A DNA stretch of 62,881 bases, filler included, from Choristocarpus tenellus KU-1152 (taxonomy: Eukaryota > Protista > Phaeophyceae): NCBI GenBank assembly GCA_964200185.2. It is 12 parts of 12 records of this genome, joined end to end, with 100 filler letters (N's around TTAATTAATTAA, not from the genome) between each part and the next. Parts side by side here need not be neighbours in the genome. Positions count along the whole stretch, not along the records: positions 1 to 10,503 come from CAXNAD020002888.1; positions 10,604 to 18,050 come from CAXNAD020006140.1; 10 more parts are not named here. The stretch is one strand, 5' to 3'. Both the position numbers and the translations under genes were made by a program. How positions within the stretch are numbered: position 1 is the first letter of the stretch; each line of letters begins with the position of its first letter. Below are positions 1 through 13,925 of this stretch, piece after piece. The notes beneath the pieces were generated by a model. The model made no database searches, was not told where the DNA came from, and was given only the letters and a program-made list of their open reading frames with translations.

Positions 1-157
1 GTGGCGGCTGTCCATTTGGGGTCAATTTTTCATGTTGCGATTTTTTGGTGATTTGGTTGCATACGTCGGATGGTTACTGCAAATGAACTTTTCCTTATTT
101 TGGCCCAAATGGACACCCTAGTGTAGCCCCCCCCCCACCTCCCAGATACTTTGGGTC
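1..157. mobile_element. MITE family A (about 180 bp), left-truncated
   Basis: Ends CCCAGATACTTTGGGTC; internal TCCATTTGGG/CCCAAATGGA inverted motifs; homologous to 15865-16045 and 49201-49374. Confidence 0.85.
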
Positions 158-203
158 AAGAAATTCGTATTTTCTCCAGAGCAAAAGGGTCAGCGTAGAC
201 CAA

Positions 204-389
204 ATATCGTGTTTGTTAGCAAGTGTCAATATCCTTGCTCTGGACACACATTTCATAGCCGTATAAATTATAGGTAACTGTGTTCTGACAGAAAACCGAA
301 AAAGGGTAAAAAAAACACAAAAAAGTGGGAAGCAAAGCCCTGAACGGACAAGCAGGGCAAAACTCCTACCCTCTTATATGCTTTGGGTC
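204..389. mobile_element. MITE family C, partial
   Basis: Shares TATCGTGTTTGTTAGCAAGTGTCAATATCCTTG and the end CTACCCTCTTATATGCTTTGGGTC with 45956-46214 and 56582-56838. Confidence 0.8.
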
Positions 390-2064
390 AGAGGGACATT
401 CGCCAACCTTGCCCTGGCAAAAGACCACATCCAGACAATTGTTCATATTCCCCTTGTGTCTCCCTTTCACCCGTTTCCCTTTCCTAGCCCATGGTCGTCT
501 GATAATCCTGACATTTTTCTTTCTCACCAAGCCATAATGTAGTTCTGGTGTGATGTTCACATTGCAGAAAATTCTGTCCAGTGCTATCTCATTAATTGTT
601 TTGGAGGTCAACTCTGTGGTGGGCGAGTCGGACAACATTCTATGTTGTATACAAGGAACTTCTCCTTGTGCAGAGATAATTGTTAGTTTGATGGGTGTGC
701 CACTGTGTTGGAGGCAAAGTAGGGTGCTCTCCACGCCCATCATGGGTTGTGTGGACCTGAGGATATCTGACAAATGGTGAAATGGAAGTGGTAGTAGATG
801 GATGACTGGCGAACGTCAATATAGATAATAAGTGATTTTATAAAAGCAACTGCACGAGATATGTAACCTAACGTTTTGTGTGTGATGTAAAAGTGGAGCA
901 TGTCCCTATAAACTACCAACAATATACACCATCATCGCAGTTTGAAAATAAGGTGGCCCCAGTCTTGACAGCAGAGCAGCAGATACAATAGAGATATATC
1001 TATGTATGGCCAAGCAAAGAAATGACTCTTGGGAACAACAAACAACGCAATAGTTGCTTGTATGACAGAACTTGAAACGTGCCCGATGCAGAATGCCCAC
1101 TCTGTTGGTGGGAGAAGCAGGGCAACCGTTCTTCACTTTTGAAGTATCCCATAGAGATGTCTGAGGAATTGATCGTGCAAAGCAATTCATGAGCTGGTCA
1201 GCCAATGCTGTGAAAATGAGTACGGGCGAATCCAGAACTATTAGGGTCTCCAAGTCCGCGTGTGGAGAGGTGGTAGTTGCAGGAAACGGATCTTTATCGC
1301 ACAGTTCTTCTCCCTGTGTTTCATGTCGGATATGGAGAGAGGGAGAAGGAAGGGGTGGTGAGTGTGCTGGGAACGTGAGTACGTTTTTAAGAGGATGTTG
1401 GAAATACAATGTAGAAACCATTTTATTGAAATAATTATGTTAGTGACATTTATCGACTACTCAGTTTCACCCCATATTTTTACCTTGCAGTCATCAATAA
1501 ATCTTGTACTCCTGGAGCCAGTCCATCAGGAGGGCTGTACCTCTTCTCGTTAACAGCACTGCCACCATCTTTACTCTCTCCTCCCTTGCTTGAAGTAGTT
1601 CGCTTGAGGTTTCCTTGCACGCAGAAGGTTCTACTTTCTCCTCTCCGTTTCCCTTGTACTTGGATACTGGACCCTGGGCTGCGTCTGGTGAAATCTGCTC
1701 CCTCTTACACATACTGCAACATCTGCCCAATCCCATTTAATTTCCCTCTCTGCCAGGGCAAAAGCATAACCTGGGGCATGTCTGATGTGGCAATGAGGGC
1801 ACTTGCACCTGATCGAGAGATGCAGATTATAAGTGGGGGTGCAATTTTCACTCCGCAGATAATAACATACATCAACATCACGCGGAATGATTTAAAAAGA
1901 GTCCAACAGAGTGCCTGCTCCTCCTGTCGTTAACCAGCACTACTTCTTAGGGCGTTCGGGATCACTTGATCCCCATCGACAGAGACGCGTACAACACGGC
2001 CACAACTTGGTGGAATGAGGGAGAGAATGAGAGTGACTAGCATATAATTCAATGTAAGGAATGC

Positions 2065-2346
2065 CAAGGAATCCAACGCAACTAACCGCGTCTTCAACGG
2101 AGGTCTCGTTGAGAGGTTATGGTCGATTAACCATCATTGGTCGATTTTGCAGTTTTTGATATATCTTTTTGCAACAAAAAACATTGTGTTGAGGGAGAGG
2201 TTTCTCAACCGTTTTGAAAAGAAAAAATATTTTGAAGATATATATAATGTGCAAGCCGAAGTTGTTGGCTTGCGAACGTTATTATTTGGTTTTTCTGTAT
2301 CGCACATATAATGTTATTCGCAAAAAACCCCGTAACGATACAGACT
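2065..2346. repeat. Dispersed repeat, copy 1
   Basis: CAAGGAATCCAACGCAACTAACCG…TAACGATACAGACT; second copy at 3545-3916. Confidence 0.85.
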
Positions 2347-3544
2347 TATTATGGGAAAAAGGAGTACGTGCAAAACATCAGTGGGGATAAACAAGAACTA
2401 CATGATAAATTATACACGATGTGTGTAAAATAGTTGGGAGAAGACAGGCAGTGTTGGTCCCCTTCACCTTCTTGTATGTCAATTCTACCCTTCCAACCTC
2501 CCATCCAAGTATTTCCAATGATATCAAATCCACCATTTTTCAGAGGGGTAATACACAATACAGAGAGTACAATATGTTCGAATCAGAGGAGTATATGGAA
2601 GTGCTATGTTGCTTCTTGACCCCCCCATGACATCTGAAAATATCAGTGGGCATTAATATATTTGAAGCTGGTGGAGCAAGTCTGAAATATCGAATTCTGA
2701 ACAAGAAACAAACAAGAGTACGACCTATTTAGCTCAAACTGTCATAATATATATATTTTTCAGGTACGTATGCAGACCTGTCAACCTCCCACATAATTGA
2801 TTGGCAGAAATCTGCAATGTGTCATCGAAATATCATGGCGGCAAACTATTGCCTATATGCTTACTTTCCAGGTTCAAATGTGTGCTGGTATGCCAATATA
2901 TTCCTGGCACGGGATGCCCTGGAGGTACATTATTCTAATATATGCTCTTGTATCGCTTCAACATAATATATATATATATATATATATAAGGATGACAAGC
3001 GAGATTATGGGGAAGTATTGCTTACAGCGACCAGGGTGAACAAAAAATGTACAACCCTAAAAGGAGCGATTTTATAGAAGCGTGGAGACGGAAGAAGGAA
3101 GAGAAGCAGCTCCCACACCCATATCCCCTCTCTACAAGGAGGGCCATTCCTCCGACTTCATTGCTTTCCCACCAACAAACAGGCCAATCAGTTACTAGTT
3201 GATGATACTGAAACAGTGCATTTCTAAATCGTGGAGGAACCAGCCTGTGATGAAAAATAACACTAAAACCACGTAGAGTGCAACGGCAAGTTGTCATTTA
3301 CCGTTCAGATCGATATAATATATGTAGGAAATTGTGCACTAAGGAACCATTGCTAGGGGACAGTTCAATGATTAAGACTAGTTGAAAGTACGGAACAATA
3401 TCTAGGAAGTACAGAGGGAGTTGCCTATGTTTCTACACCTGGCGCGAAACAGACATTCTTTGGTTTCAAAAAAGTTTGGAGATCTTTCTTTGTTCCCTAA
3501 GAGCAAATGAGAGTGGCGAGCAATTAATTTGATGCGAAAAAAGT

Positions 3545-3916
3545 CAAGGAGTCCAACGCAACTAACCGAGTCTTCATCGGACGTCTCGCTGAGCCGTTAT
3601 GACTGATTAACCATCATTTCCAGCACACTTACTTGGTCCATTCTGCTGTTTTCGATAAATCTGCCATTTCCGAAAAAAACATTTGTGTTGAGGGGACGGT
3701 TTCTCAACTATTTCGAAATGAAAAAATATTTTGAAGCTATGTACGTGCCAACCGACGTTGTTGGCATTCGAACGATATTATTACTTTGTTCTGACATAGT
3801 TTTCATTTGTTTTCCCCATCTGCAAAATGTCAGAGGGCATGATAATAAAATATTACTTCGTTTTTCCGAATTCACACTTGGAAAAGTTATTCACAAAAAA
3901 TCATAACGATACAGAC
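3545..3916. repeat. Dispersed repeat, copy 2 (longer)
   Basis: CAAGGAGTCCAACGCAACTAACCG…TAACGATACAGACT; same orientation and same end points as 2065-2346. Confidence 0.85.
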
Positions 3917-5738
3917 TACGGAATAATAGAGGGATGCATGCGGGAAAGAAGAAGCAACTTGCAAGAGAACGACAGAAACAAGAATAGACAAGAGCATTCA
4001 TCATAGTAATATTTGGATATCTTCCACAAATCAAGAAATGCTAGTTACCTGGTTAAGCAACTCGTCCTTGTCAAGGTTGAGGACCATAATGACCAGAGTG
4101 GATAGAAGGATAAGAGAGGGCTAAATAAAAATCCAGAAACTTGTGTGCAAAGCAAAAATCTCTTCATTTTTTAAATCTTTTGATAAAAGAAAAAAAATAC
4201 AACGAAAAGCAACATATTTCTGTTTTTTTTCTTTTCCAAAGCCGGAGTTGTTGTAAAAACAGGATGACGTACATTCAAAGGCTTTCACCCAGAGGACTGC
4301 CGTTCACTATCACCTCGCTCTGGTGGACAACCGCAGCAACCCGTCTTACAAAAAACGTATCATTATCTAACGACCGATTAGATACTAAGAATAGACTTTT
4401 TTTATTATGTGCAAATAACAAAATGAAAAAAGAAAACATATTGAGATCAACTATGTACTGCAGAATGGCTTCATGTCTACAGGTTGTGTGGGATTGCCTT
4501 GAGGATGGCTGCTGCACAAGGGATGGAATTTATTTGAGTACACCCAAAGAGTTTTGGAGTACCCTTCTAACGAAAGGAAGTCAACGTGTCTGGAGGGCAT
4601 GCCTTGTGTCAAATCGGGCAATAGAACCTTCATCCTAGAGTTCTAGTGTTGCGACACTCTCTTTCCGTGCATCCACTACTTTCTAGTGAATTGGGCTTGT
4701 GTTTCGAATGAAAGGTTATTCGCTCTTTCATCTTTGCCTTGGGATGCTTTGAAGCTCTTGTTGTAGGGAAGTATCAACAGTATCTAATTAATATCATAAA
4801 GCTTTTGTACGCCTGATCTACTCATACCTATACATCCAATATACTTGTATTGGTATGAATCACTATGACTTTCTACGTCCATATTTGTTCTCAGTTTTTT
4901 TTGCTATTTTCTTGGAGGGGTAAAGCCTTTCAGAAGACAAAAAGTATGGGTTTTTTTGAGCAATTTAAATCTCTGCAAGGTGCAGGGACAGATTGCACCA
5001 TGGATTGGTGATTAGTAAATGTTTTCTACTGTCCTTCTATGCTCGCCAATACTCGGAACGTATGAAGGAAATTTGTGTTTGTGACAAGATTTAGCACAGG
5101 ATAGACCAGCAACACTGTCACAAGTTATAGATACACAATCTTTGTGTGCTTCACTAAAGGTTTTCTATAGAAGCCTTTATTTTCTCCAATATAAATAGGC
5201 CCCTCTGGGAGGGGCTGTGGTCCCCTTAGGTGTTCCATGTTGAGGTGAGTAATAATTATTAGCACTTGGCTACTAATATAATATACAAATAAAGGATTCA
5301 GACGTGTTGTACCTATTATCAATTTTAGGTAAAATATGATGCCCCAGAAATATTTGATATGTTGCAGTCCATGTCCTTTCTGTGTTGAACCGGTCCATGT
5401 CTGTTGGGCAGACCAGGTAAAAAAAAAATCTACCATGTCCAGATTATCCAATCATGTACAACCAGATTCGAATATGAACCTGTCCATTGTCATCGACTGT
5501 TCAACATGGCTGGGCTGAGACTCAGCCCGGAGCCATATTGCCAAAGGTGGACATATTTACTGCCAGGCCCAGTGGAAACCCTGGTGATATTGCCTGGATG
5601 ATTAACATAAGAGGGGATCCTATATCTACAGAATTGTCAGAATAACCATTTAAAAAAAACTTACTGCTTTCAAAATATCTTCTTGACTAGAAGTGTTCCA
5701 TATAGATACAAAATGTAGTTGCTTTAGTTTCTTGTAAA

Positions 5739-6340
5739 TACACAGGATGTCTTGGATTCAGAGTCGCTGATTGAAACCCATAGTGACAATTCCTAGAAAT
5801 GGAGTATATTTGGCCATTCTGTTCCATGTGAGGGAAGAAAATTGGAATATTCTCGTGCATAGTGTGCTTTTTTACTGTTGACAATCTTGTTGAAATGAGG
5901 CCCTGTCTACTTGCCCCATTCTGTTGGGGTGACTGGTGGGTCGGAATATATGCTATTAAGATTAATCTACACGCCAAACGGTCAACAAAACAATGAGTTG
6001 CTATTCCGAAACAATCTCAATGCTACATAAAATATCAACGCAACTATAATCTTTCTGAAAAGATTATGTTCAGGGGCGAAAAGACCTGCTCCAGTTCTTA
6101 AGAACCTCTTCTTCCACTAAAGTGATTTTCTCTATGGTAGAGATGTCAAAGAGTTTAGAATTAGTTCCAAAAACGCTTGGTAACTGACGAGACGTTGTGG
6201 TGGTGTGTTTGTTCTCTATGTCCAAGGTTAACCACAAGGGGGTGAGGGGATGAAAAATACTGAAACATGAGGACAGTGACCAAGCGCTTTTTGAACTATT
6301 TCAAAATTATAAAGATATCACTGACATCTATAAAATAGAT
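5739..6340. mobile_element. Long-TIR (foldback) element: one arm plus the central turn
   Basis: Reverse-complement similarity to 54905-55528 and 56840-57490 (e.g. GTGACCAAGCGCTTTTTGAACTATTTC, GAATGGCCAAA…TTTCTAGGAAT); terminus TACACAGG. Confidence 0.7.
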
Positions 6341-6973
6341 CATAAAGAACTTTCATCACATAAGAGTGTGCATCGGATCTTTCAATAATGTAAACATGGC
6401 ACTATTGCAAGAAAGAAAAGACTGCAGCAATCAAATGCAAACAAATGACCCCATCCATGTATTTCCACGCCTACAATGCATCTGCAAATTGCACGTATGC
6501 ACGCTGTCATATTCATAGTACCAAGTCGAAATTGTAGACACAGGGATCTACCCACAAACCGCAAAGATTACCTGGTATAAACTTTGGTGTTTGATGTACA
6601 GACCGTGCAACTGCCAGCATACCCAACTAATTCAGAAGAGCAAAGGGAAATTTGCGCCATGGTTCCTAAATTTTCCTATTCTGTATCAATCCGGTGACAA
6701 CGTTTTCCTTCCTCTCCTGCAGATGCACTGTCTCAACAAGCTAGGGTGAATAACCAGTAACAAATGGTTGCACCCTCTCATCAAGCTAGGTAGGATCACA
6801 CCCATGGACATCAGACAAACAGTAACATGTTAAATAACACAATCAAGCACTGATCTGTGGGGCTGTGGGTCTACCATCCGACAACCAAACAACAAGATCA
6901 GGACACCAATTACACCAAACAAAACAAAACAACTCATTTTGTCTCTATCGCAGTTTCACATCCTCACACTGTG

Positions 6974-9228
6974 TCACACTCTGTCTCTTGTTGATCTCCC
7001 TCCCTCTACCTCTTTTGCACTACCCCTGTACCTCACACCAACATTTCTGCTCACAAATGCCCCAGCTGCGATGACTAAGTTCTTCTCGGTGAAGTGGATA
7101 CTGTGAATTTTTCAATGCAATGGATAAAAAAAAAGAAGACATCAGGCAGGTGGAAGGGCATGGGTGGGAGGGATATATACTACGCAGGTACAAGGTGATG
7201 GATTGGTCAATAGCTCTGTTCAAATGTTCACCACAGGGACAAAATATTGTGTACGGTATGGTGGAGATCGATCTAGACACATGGAACATGGATTATGTGC
7301 TGAGTGGTACATGTTGTACACCTCTGTACATAGCAACCTCAACAACGGTTCACACGGTAGTGAGATCCTATATAAGCAACACAAAATTCTTGTATTCCAA
7401 TTAGTCAAATTCTCAAAAGGATTTTCAAAAGGCTTGGGAAGGCATTAATCACTACTGGGAGTGTGATATTTCCCCTCTATATCGCTAGAGCTTGCAATAA
7501 AATAAATAGAGCATAAACAGAAAGTCAAGGCATCTACAATTGACTCAAGGGGAGGAGGACTACTGTGTGGGTGCATGACCAAGAGGGGTCAAAAGTATGG
7601 TACAGGGTCAATGATGATGATAGAACCACTGATATAACCAATGACATAACCACCTGTCACATGTCTAGGCACTAATAAAGAAATGTAAATGGTCTGCCAT
7701 GACTGCATGTTACACTCCAAGGTACTGCTAATTTAGCCTTCCAAGCAAGGTGTACTGGAGGTAGTTAACTGTGACACTGGGGGCGAGGAAATTCTTGCAT
7801 CAAGAATCATCCATGCAATGATAGGGAACACATTGATTCAGGCAGACTTAAGTCAGTTTTGGACGCACACACCACCACTGCCCCATAGCAAATGATTAGT
7901 TCAAGTGTGCTCAAGAAAGACCCAAACCATACCAATGACATAATTCTAAAGTGGAAAAAGAGATCAAATGCATACCATAGCCCAAGAAAAAAGTACCAAA
8001 TTATTACTTGAAAGTGTGAACCAGCCATTATGACTCCAACCCTGCCCTGTCCCTTCTCAACGTCAACAACCTCACTACATCCTTGGCATCATCCTTGTGT
8101 CCCCAACCCATCCCTAGTCCTCAGTCCCCTTTCTTACCTATACACTGGTGTACGTCGTGTACAAAAGGTATGGAGAGGAGAATGACTTCTTTCCCCTCGT
8201 ATACCTCCTGATGCAGATCGTTTCCCCAGGGAGGTGCTGCTCCCCCCAGCCCCAGACTTGATGGCAGAGTGGACATTCCACAATCTAACAGTGTTATCTA
8301 GGCCACCGGAAGCAAGGGCACTGCCTTCCTGCAGTGGATATACGGTAGGCAACATGCATGAAGGGGAGGGGGGGGGGGGGGGGGGGGGGCGGAAAAGAAA
8401 AAAATAAAAGAAAAAAAAAACAGAGAGGGTAGAAGAGGGGGATAACAGAGGAGGGCTTCTTGCAGTTTTGTCACTGCTTTTTACTACTTGTACTCCAAAC
8501 CAGTTTGTGGTATACATATACATATATATACAACTCAAAGTAAGGTGAGGGTATGTGCCATAGCAAGCAGTAGGTTAGCCTGACTTTTAGATGGTGCTTG
8601 CCTGTGAAGTCACAGGTCAGAGTATCATCCACTGAATGATGCACTATCTCTGAATAAAATTGAGCTGTCAGACAAAACTAGTACCAATTTAACCCTAACC
8701 CTAGACAATGGTGTTTGTCCCGCCTCCTTTTCCAAAAATAACAGTTGCTAATAAAAATGTGAGGAGCAACGGAGAAGAGGAATAGACAGAGGGGGGGAGG
8801 TATAGTGGTATTCAGTAGTACAAATGGACCTCAATACAGTGGTGATATAGACATTCAAGATGAGGATTTATAAAATATGCTGAAGAACCACACCTTGCTG
8901 GGTCTCTAAACTTGCAACCCTAGCCCTTGATCACAACTAGAAGAGCAAGACTCAGCTTTCGACACATCAGACCATGAAATGTCCAAGACAGTTGCATGAT
9001 AGTCCCAAGCAATTACACAATATCTCTAACGTGCTTCAGCCTAGCCCTGCGTTTACGTACTCCTTTCTTGCTGCCTTGAGCAGCATGTATTTAGAGTCAA
9101 AACCAAGCCCTCACCGTGCTGAATCCAATGCACATCACACTATCTGTGTGTCCCTTGAACAGGGCCAGGGGCTTGCCTGTGGCCAGGTTCCAAAGTCGAA
9201 TATCGTGGTCATCTGAGCCTGCTGCCAC
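6974..9228 (-). CDS. TAF5: TFIID subunit 5 (WD40 repeat), last three coding exons; 5' part lies outside the contig
   Basis: GT-AG exons 9228-9115 (VAAGSDDHDIRLWNLATGKPLALFKGHTDSVMCIGFST), 8328-8138 (EGSALASGGLDNTVRLWNV...PLHTFCTRRTPVY) and 7100-6974 (SIHFTEKNLVIAAGAF...stop) join in phase. The final WD40 blades and the T-x-x-TPV...F-T-x-x-NL-V-x-AAGA tail match the TAF5 C-terminus. Confidence 0.9.
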
Positions 9229-9870
9229 CTGCAGTGTGCCGTAATAAGGAAGCAATGTAGTACAATGTAGTACAATGTAGTACAAAACCAGTAAAGAGAA
9301 TCAAAGAGAATCAAAGGATAGAGGGGACAACTATCAGTGCAGAGTGTCTGTTCAATAAACTGTAGAAAGTATTTTAATGGTGCTCGTAGTACTAGTGACG
9401 AACTAAGTCAATATAATACCATCCTGACCGCTTGTTTACCTGGTGAATAGTAGTGATTTTTTTTTTACAAGTAGGTGGATACCCTCCAATATAACCCATC
9501 AACTACTGTGTATTTCATTGCACAGAGGCAACTGAGAGGCAACAAACAGGATGAAAGCACAACGAGAGATGGGGAAGGGCTACACACACACTTGAAGCTA
9601 CTATTAAAATACTGCTAGGAGGTGAAGATGACATGTACAAGTTGAAACAGAGATAATGTGAAAATCGATGTACTACAGTAGCATAATAGTATAATAGTAT
9701 AATGGCATAATGAGAGACATATGGCACATACAGAACAGTGGACACACACTGAGTTAATACACAAGGACATCCAACTCCATGAAAAATATGTTGCATACTC
9801 CAGTGAACACACACATACACACACACATTTATGCACATGTAAGAGGTCGATAGCACACCTTGAAGTGCAG

Positions 9871-10220
9871 AGGGGAATACTCCTTTCTTGGGGAACCATG
9901 ACAGTCATATTCTTTTACTTCTAAATCAAAGGTTAGGGTTATTTTTCACACAGGTTAGGGTTAGGGATGAAGTTAGATTCTTGAAGATGAAGGCAAAAAA
10001 GTGAAATGTGGTGGATCCTGGAGAGGTAGGGTTATGGTTCTCCAGTGCACACTCTACTCCTCTACCTATTCTTCTAGAATGTTTCCTTGACTGACGGATG
10101 TTTTTCACACACATATTAGAGTTAGGGTTTGGGTCAGAGATAGGGTTAGGGTTCAAAAATGTGTTCAAAACAGGTGCAAAAAAATAGGGTGATGGTTCCC
10201 AAAGACATGGGGGTTCCCCT
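9871..10220. mobile_element. About 350-bp TIR element (MITE) with internal TTAGGG motifs, upstream of TAF5 exon 9228 (presumed intron)
   Basis: The left end AGGGGAATACTCCTTTCTTGGGGAACCATGAC is an imperfect inverted repeat of the right end GTGATGGTTCCCAAAGACATGGGGGTTCCCCT. Confidence 0.7.
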
Positions 10221-10503
10221 ATGCATTAAAAGCATTATCAAGATGATACCATAGTAGAACTCAGTAGCAAATAGTATGGCAACACTCAATAAACAAAATA
10301 TGTAGTGCACTATAAAGGTGTATAACAAAAAAGGGTGGAAATGCAGACGTTCTTTCTGAAATGTTTTCACTACATTTTAAAATCCATTAATAGTGCATAC
10401 CTGCAAAAATAAAGTAACAAGCTGTAGTAGACAAAAAAATTACCCCCCAACCTCCAACCCCCACCCCCTGCCCCACCCCAGAAATAGCTCACTCCATCAC
10501 CAC

Positions 10504-10603
10504 NNNNNNNNNNNNNNNNNNNNNNNNNNNNNNNNNNNNNNNNNNNNTTAATTAATTAANNNNNNNNNNNNNNNNNNNNNNNNNNNNNNNNNNNNNNNNN
10601 NNN
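10504..10603. other. Artificial contig-joining linker (first of 11)
   Basis: N44-TTAATTAATTAA-N44 (stops in all six frames). Others lie at 18051-18150, 21874-21973, 25595-25694, 28735-28834, 38988-39087, 42406-42505, 45082-45181, 50093-50192, 53071-53170 and 58745-58844. Confidence 0.99.
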
Positions 10604-10904
10604 AATTGTGACATCAAAAAATTGACTACAAACAGACACCCACCCCCCCCCCCCCACCAGATTCTTCGAGACAGTCAAAATATGCTTTGTGCTATGTTGG
10701 GCACAACAACGTTTTTAATTGTTGGGGCTCGAGTACGCACATGTTACATCTCACATATAGGTACTGGTATCCTGCAGTACAGTAAGCCACAGCAAAAAGA
10801 CATAGGGTATAATAATCGATGCAAGCACCCTAGGATGTGTCAAGCTACACATTGTGACAGCCTCTATCCCTGATATTGTATAATGACAACTCCTATATAT
10901 ATAC

Positions 10905-11600
10905 ACAGGCCCTGCCCACTCAAACAGATCTGCAACATGTCCATCCTTGCCACCACTACCCCCCCCCCTACTTGTGCCACACAAGTTACACAACCACTTG
11001 CAATCCCGTCTACAGTCTTGCTAGAACAACAGTCTCATCTAAAGTCCTTCCTACTCCTCCCGTCTCATCTAACAACAGTCATTACGATCCTGTTCCATCT
11101 CTTTTTTCCGCACCTGTTGGTGGTATCACAGAACCCGTTTTGTCTGCTGACAGTTAAGTGCAACTTGGGAAAAATTCTCAGGATTTGCAAAAGAAAAATA
11201 ACATAATAAGTTGGATAAGATTAGGAGGGTAGGGAGCATGAATGAGCACCAATGATCGCACCGAAGAGAATGACCTAGGTGTTCCATTGAGCTGAAAGGA
11301 TCCAATTTTTCTGTGAATCCCCACTATCCCGTCAATACAATATTCCAGAGTCAATCTTATTTTGGAAAGTCTCGGGTACAAGTGAAGAAACCCGTGTTCT
11401 TTCTCTCACCCTCCATGACAGAGCGCCTGGGGTGTCTTTGGTTCCTTTTCAAGCGCGATCAATCCAGCTGAAGGTTCAGCAGAAAGGGCTTGGGCAGGGC
11501 CAGGAGACGCAGTTCCAGCGCCTAGGTGTTCGCCATTGCATGGAACAAGTGGGAAGGTAAAGAGTGAAGCCAAAACCAGCGGACTTCAGGCCATGACAGG
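10905..11600 (-). pseudogene. Possible decayed gene 5' end (signal-peptide-like exon plus a second exon with several stops)
   Basis: MA*SPLVLASLFTFPLVPCNGEHLGAGTASPGPAQALSAEPSAG…CHGG|GTGAG, then ADKTGSVIPPTGAEKRDGTGS**LLLDETGGVGRTLDETVVLARL*TGLQVVV*LVWHK*GGG…. Confidence 0.35.
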
Positions 11601-13480
11601 CATTGAAGGCAATGGGGATGGAGTGAAGGAGGCTCGGGGGAAGGAGGACAAGGTGAGCACAGTGAGAAGAAATGGGCTAGTAGACCAATGTTGTTAGAAA
11701 TAGATAGCAAGCACTTCAGACGATTTACTTCAGAAAATAAAATCCAAAACCAAAAAGGGGAATATCGGTACTACCTTCAATACCCTTTGTGACTCTTGAA
11801 CAGGTGCTCTCTGGATCTGTGAAAGGATCGTGGTTTTGTTTAAGATAGACATTGCGTGGAGTGACGGATTCGTTTACGTCGCCAAGTTCGGCACGCATTA
11901 TAGGAATGTTTTAAAATGTGATATTGCTCCGGAGTATATTTGTAACTATTTAGTTTTTTCTATATTAATCATAATTATTTTCATATTGTAATTATTGGGT
12001 TTTTTTTTAATAATCAAATCGATAAGTTCCTACCATTAATGTTTTATCAGAAACATACCAGTAAATGTGAAACGATGTATACTCGCCTTCTTTTTTTTTT
12101 GCCTTTGATTGCTGCTACCAATAGTCCATGTTGTCACACACTACAAAAGAAAAAGTTATGCTCGCTCGTTTTGACCATGACTTGCTACAATGCCATGAAG
12201 GCATTGCTCATTTTGATTCAAAATGACACAATTTGAGACAGCAAACAACTCTGAAGTTGTCCATTCTCCGGGGTTGAGTTCAGCATCAGTATTTCACTTC
12301 ACAAGGGCAAGGTAATACAAGAATATTTTTTTTTTTTCTCGACCCTAACCCTTAATTCAACCAACATTGGTAAGACGATCAGTGCCCTCATCGAACTGCA
12401 GCTCATCTACACCTCAAGAAAATACCTCGTGATATCCATCCTTCTCCCCACCAAACACACTCTTCAAAAATGAATGATGTTTGATCTTCGGCCAGGTGTT
12501 TGAGGGAGGCCACGAGAGTGATGAGAATCTAATTGACGAATTCATCGACAGCACAGATTTTGACGACGATCAAGGGTAAGGGTTGTTCACCACGCACTTG
12601 TGCTTGCTGTTTGCTTCACGATTTTTTTGCATATATGTAGAGAGAGAGAGAGAGAGAGCTCTATTCTTTTTTCTTCCAGTGCATAGGGACCCATAGGGCA
12701 ATATACTATGGCAGGTTATCATGGAACCAGAGATATTTTCCACGAAATATTATATGCCATTTGAAATATCTTTTGATTCAAAAGGAGTCACACAGACTGG
12801 AATTTTGGGAGCCATGCTCTCCTTGCCCCCTCTCCGTGTGGCCTTAGAACCACGGGAATATCTACCACTGCAGGTAGCTACAGAGTGCATAGTCTTCCCT
12901 AGGTTGCCCGAGATTCCCACATCTCATGATGTGCAGCAATCCCAGTTCAGTACTCCGAAATGTTGGATCAATCATCGACAAATTCAACGATTGCAGTGTT
13001 GTGGAAACTCTATTTTTTACTCACATCCCGCCCATTCCTTAAAGGTCGTCTGATGTACCATTAAGGGCAAGGTGTCGTTAATCCTTTTTTTGTGAGACCA
13101 TTATTGGGTTGGTGGTGTATACTACAGATCGATTACTCTATTCAATACTGAATTCTCCACAATTGAACATTGGGTGTGCTTATCATTCATGATCCCAAAT
13201 ATCCTCTTCACCTGATTGGCCAACACACAAGCGCAGATACACGGATTTACACACTGCATCTATATTTGTTTGAGCGTAGAGATAATGAGAAACTGCTGCT
13301 CTAATTTCATTCACCAGGAGCGTTTGCAATACTCTAAAAAAAACTGTGACGTCTTTAGTACAATTTCCTGACAATACGATTATTTACACGTAATACTTCT
13401 TTGTTTTCGGTATCATCTGGTGCCAGGTCCTCCAGTCACTGCTCAGCCCCCTCCCTTTCTAGCCTCTATGAGTATCCCCC

Positions 13481-13542
13481 CCAATTAGCACCAATTAGCA
13501 CCAATGAGCACCAATTAACATCAATTAACACCAATTATCACC
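13481..13542. repeat. 10-bp tandem repeat, about 6 copies
   Basis: CCAATTAGCA units. Confidence 0.9.
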
Positions 13543-13645
13543 TTTGGCTGGTCCCCATCTTTTTGTGCCCCCAATTCAACGTCCTCACTGTGTTTATCCT
13601 TCCAACCGGAGTGAAAGTATCACTTCAACTTCTCATACACTTTGG

Positions 13646-13925
13646 AGTCAAAGTATCTTACAGGGTACGGCCGCGTCCATTTGGGGGACCAAAACCCAAT
13701 GTTGCGATTTCAATGTAATTTTGGCTATCGTGTTTGTGAGGAAGTGTCAATGTCCTTGTTCCAGACACACCTTCTCATTGTTTTATACATGACACCTACT
13801 CCAAAATGTCTACATTTTACCAAATCCGAAATATTTCGGAACAGGAAAAAATCTTTAAAAACACAGTGGGAAGCCCCAAATGGACAAGGAGGGAAAAATT
13901 CGTACCCTTTAAGTTACTGTTACTC
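13646..13925. mobile_element. MITE family B (about 260-280 bp)
   Basis: GAGTCAAAGTATCTTACAGGGTA…TACCCTTTAAGTTACTGTTACTC; body homologous to 26398-26656. Confidence 0.85.

Larger units (their letters stand above)
392..4640 (-). pseudogene. Possible multi-exon gene or pseudogene of unknown function downstream of TAF5
   Basis: Several exon-like blocks have AG/GT ends, e.g. 4121-4050 (PSLILLSTLVIMVLNLDKDELLNQ), about 2006-1484 (one frame with two TAA), about 1315-930 and about 767-392. No family was recognised and the phases are not fully reconciled. Confidence 0.3.

Noticed and set aside
4141-4638. 165-aa plus-strand ORF
   Set aside because: It is AT-rich and low-complexity with no recognisable motif; splice signals in this region favour the minus strand.
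9871-10223. Helentron-like element (subterminal IR plus 3' hairpin)
   Set aside because: The apparent hairpins are part of a longer terminal inverted repeat, so a MITE is the simpler reading.
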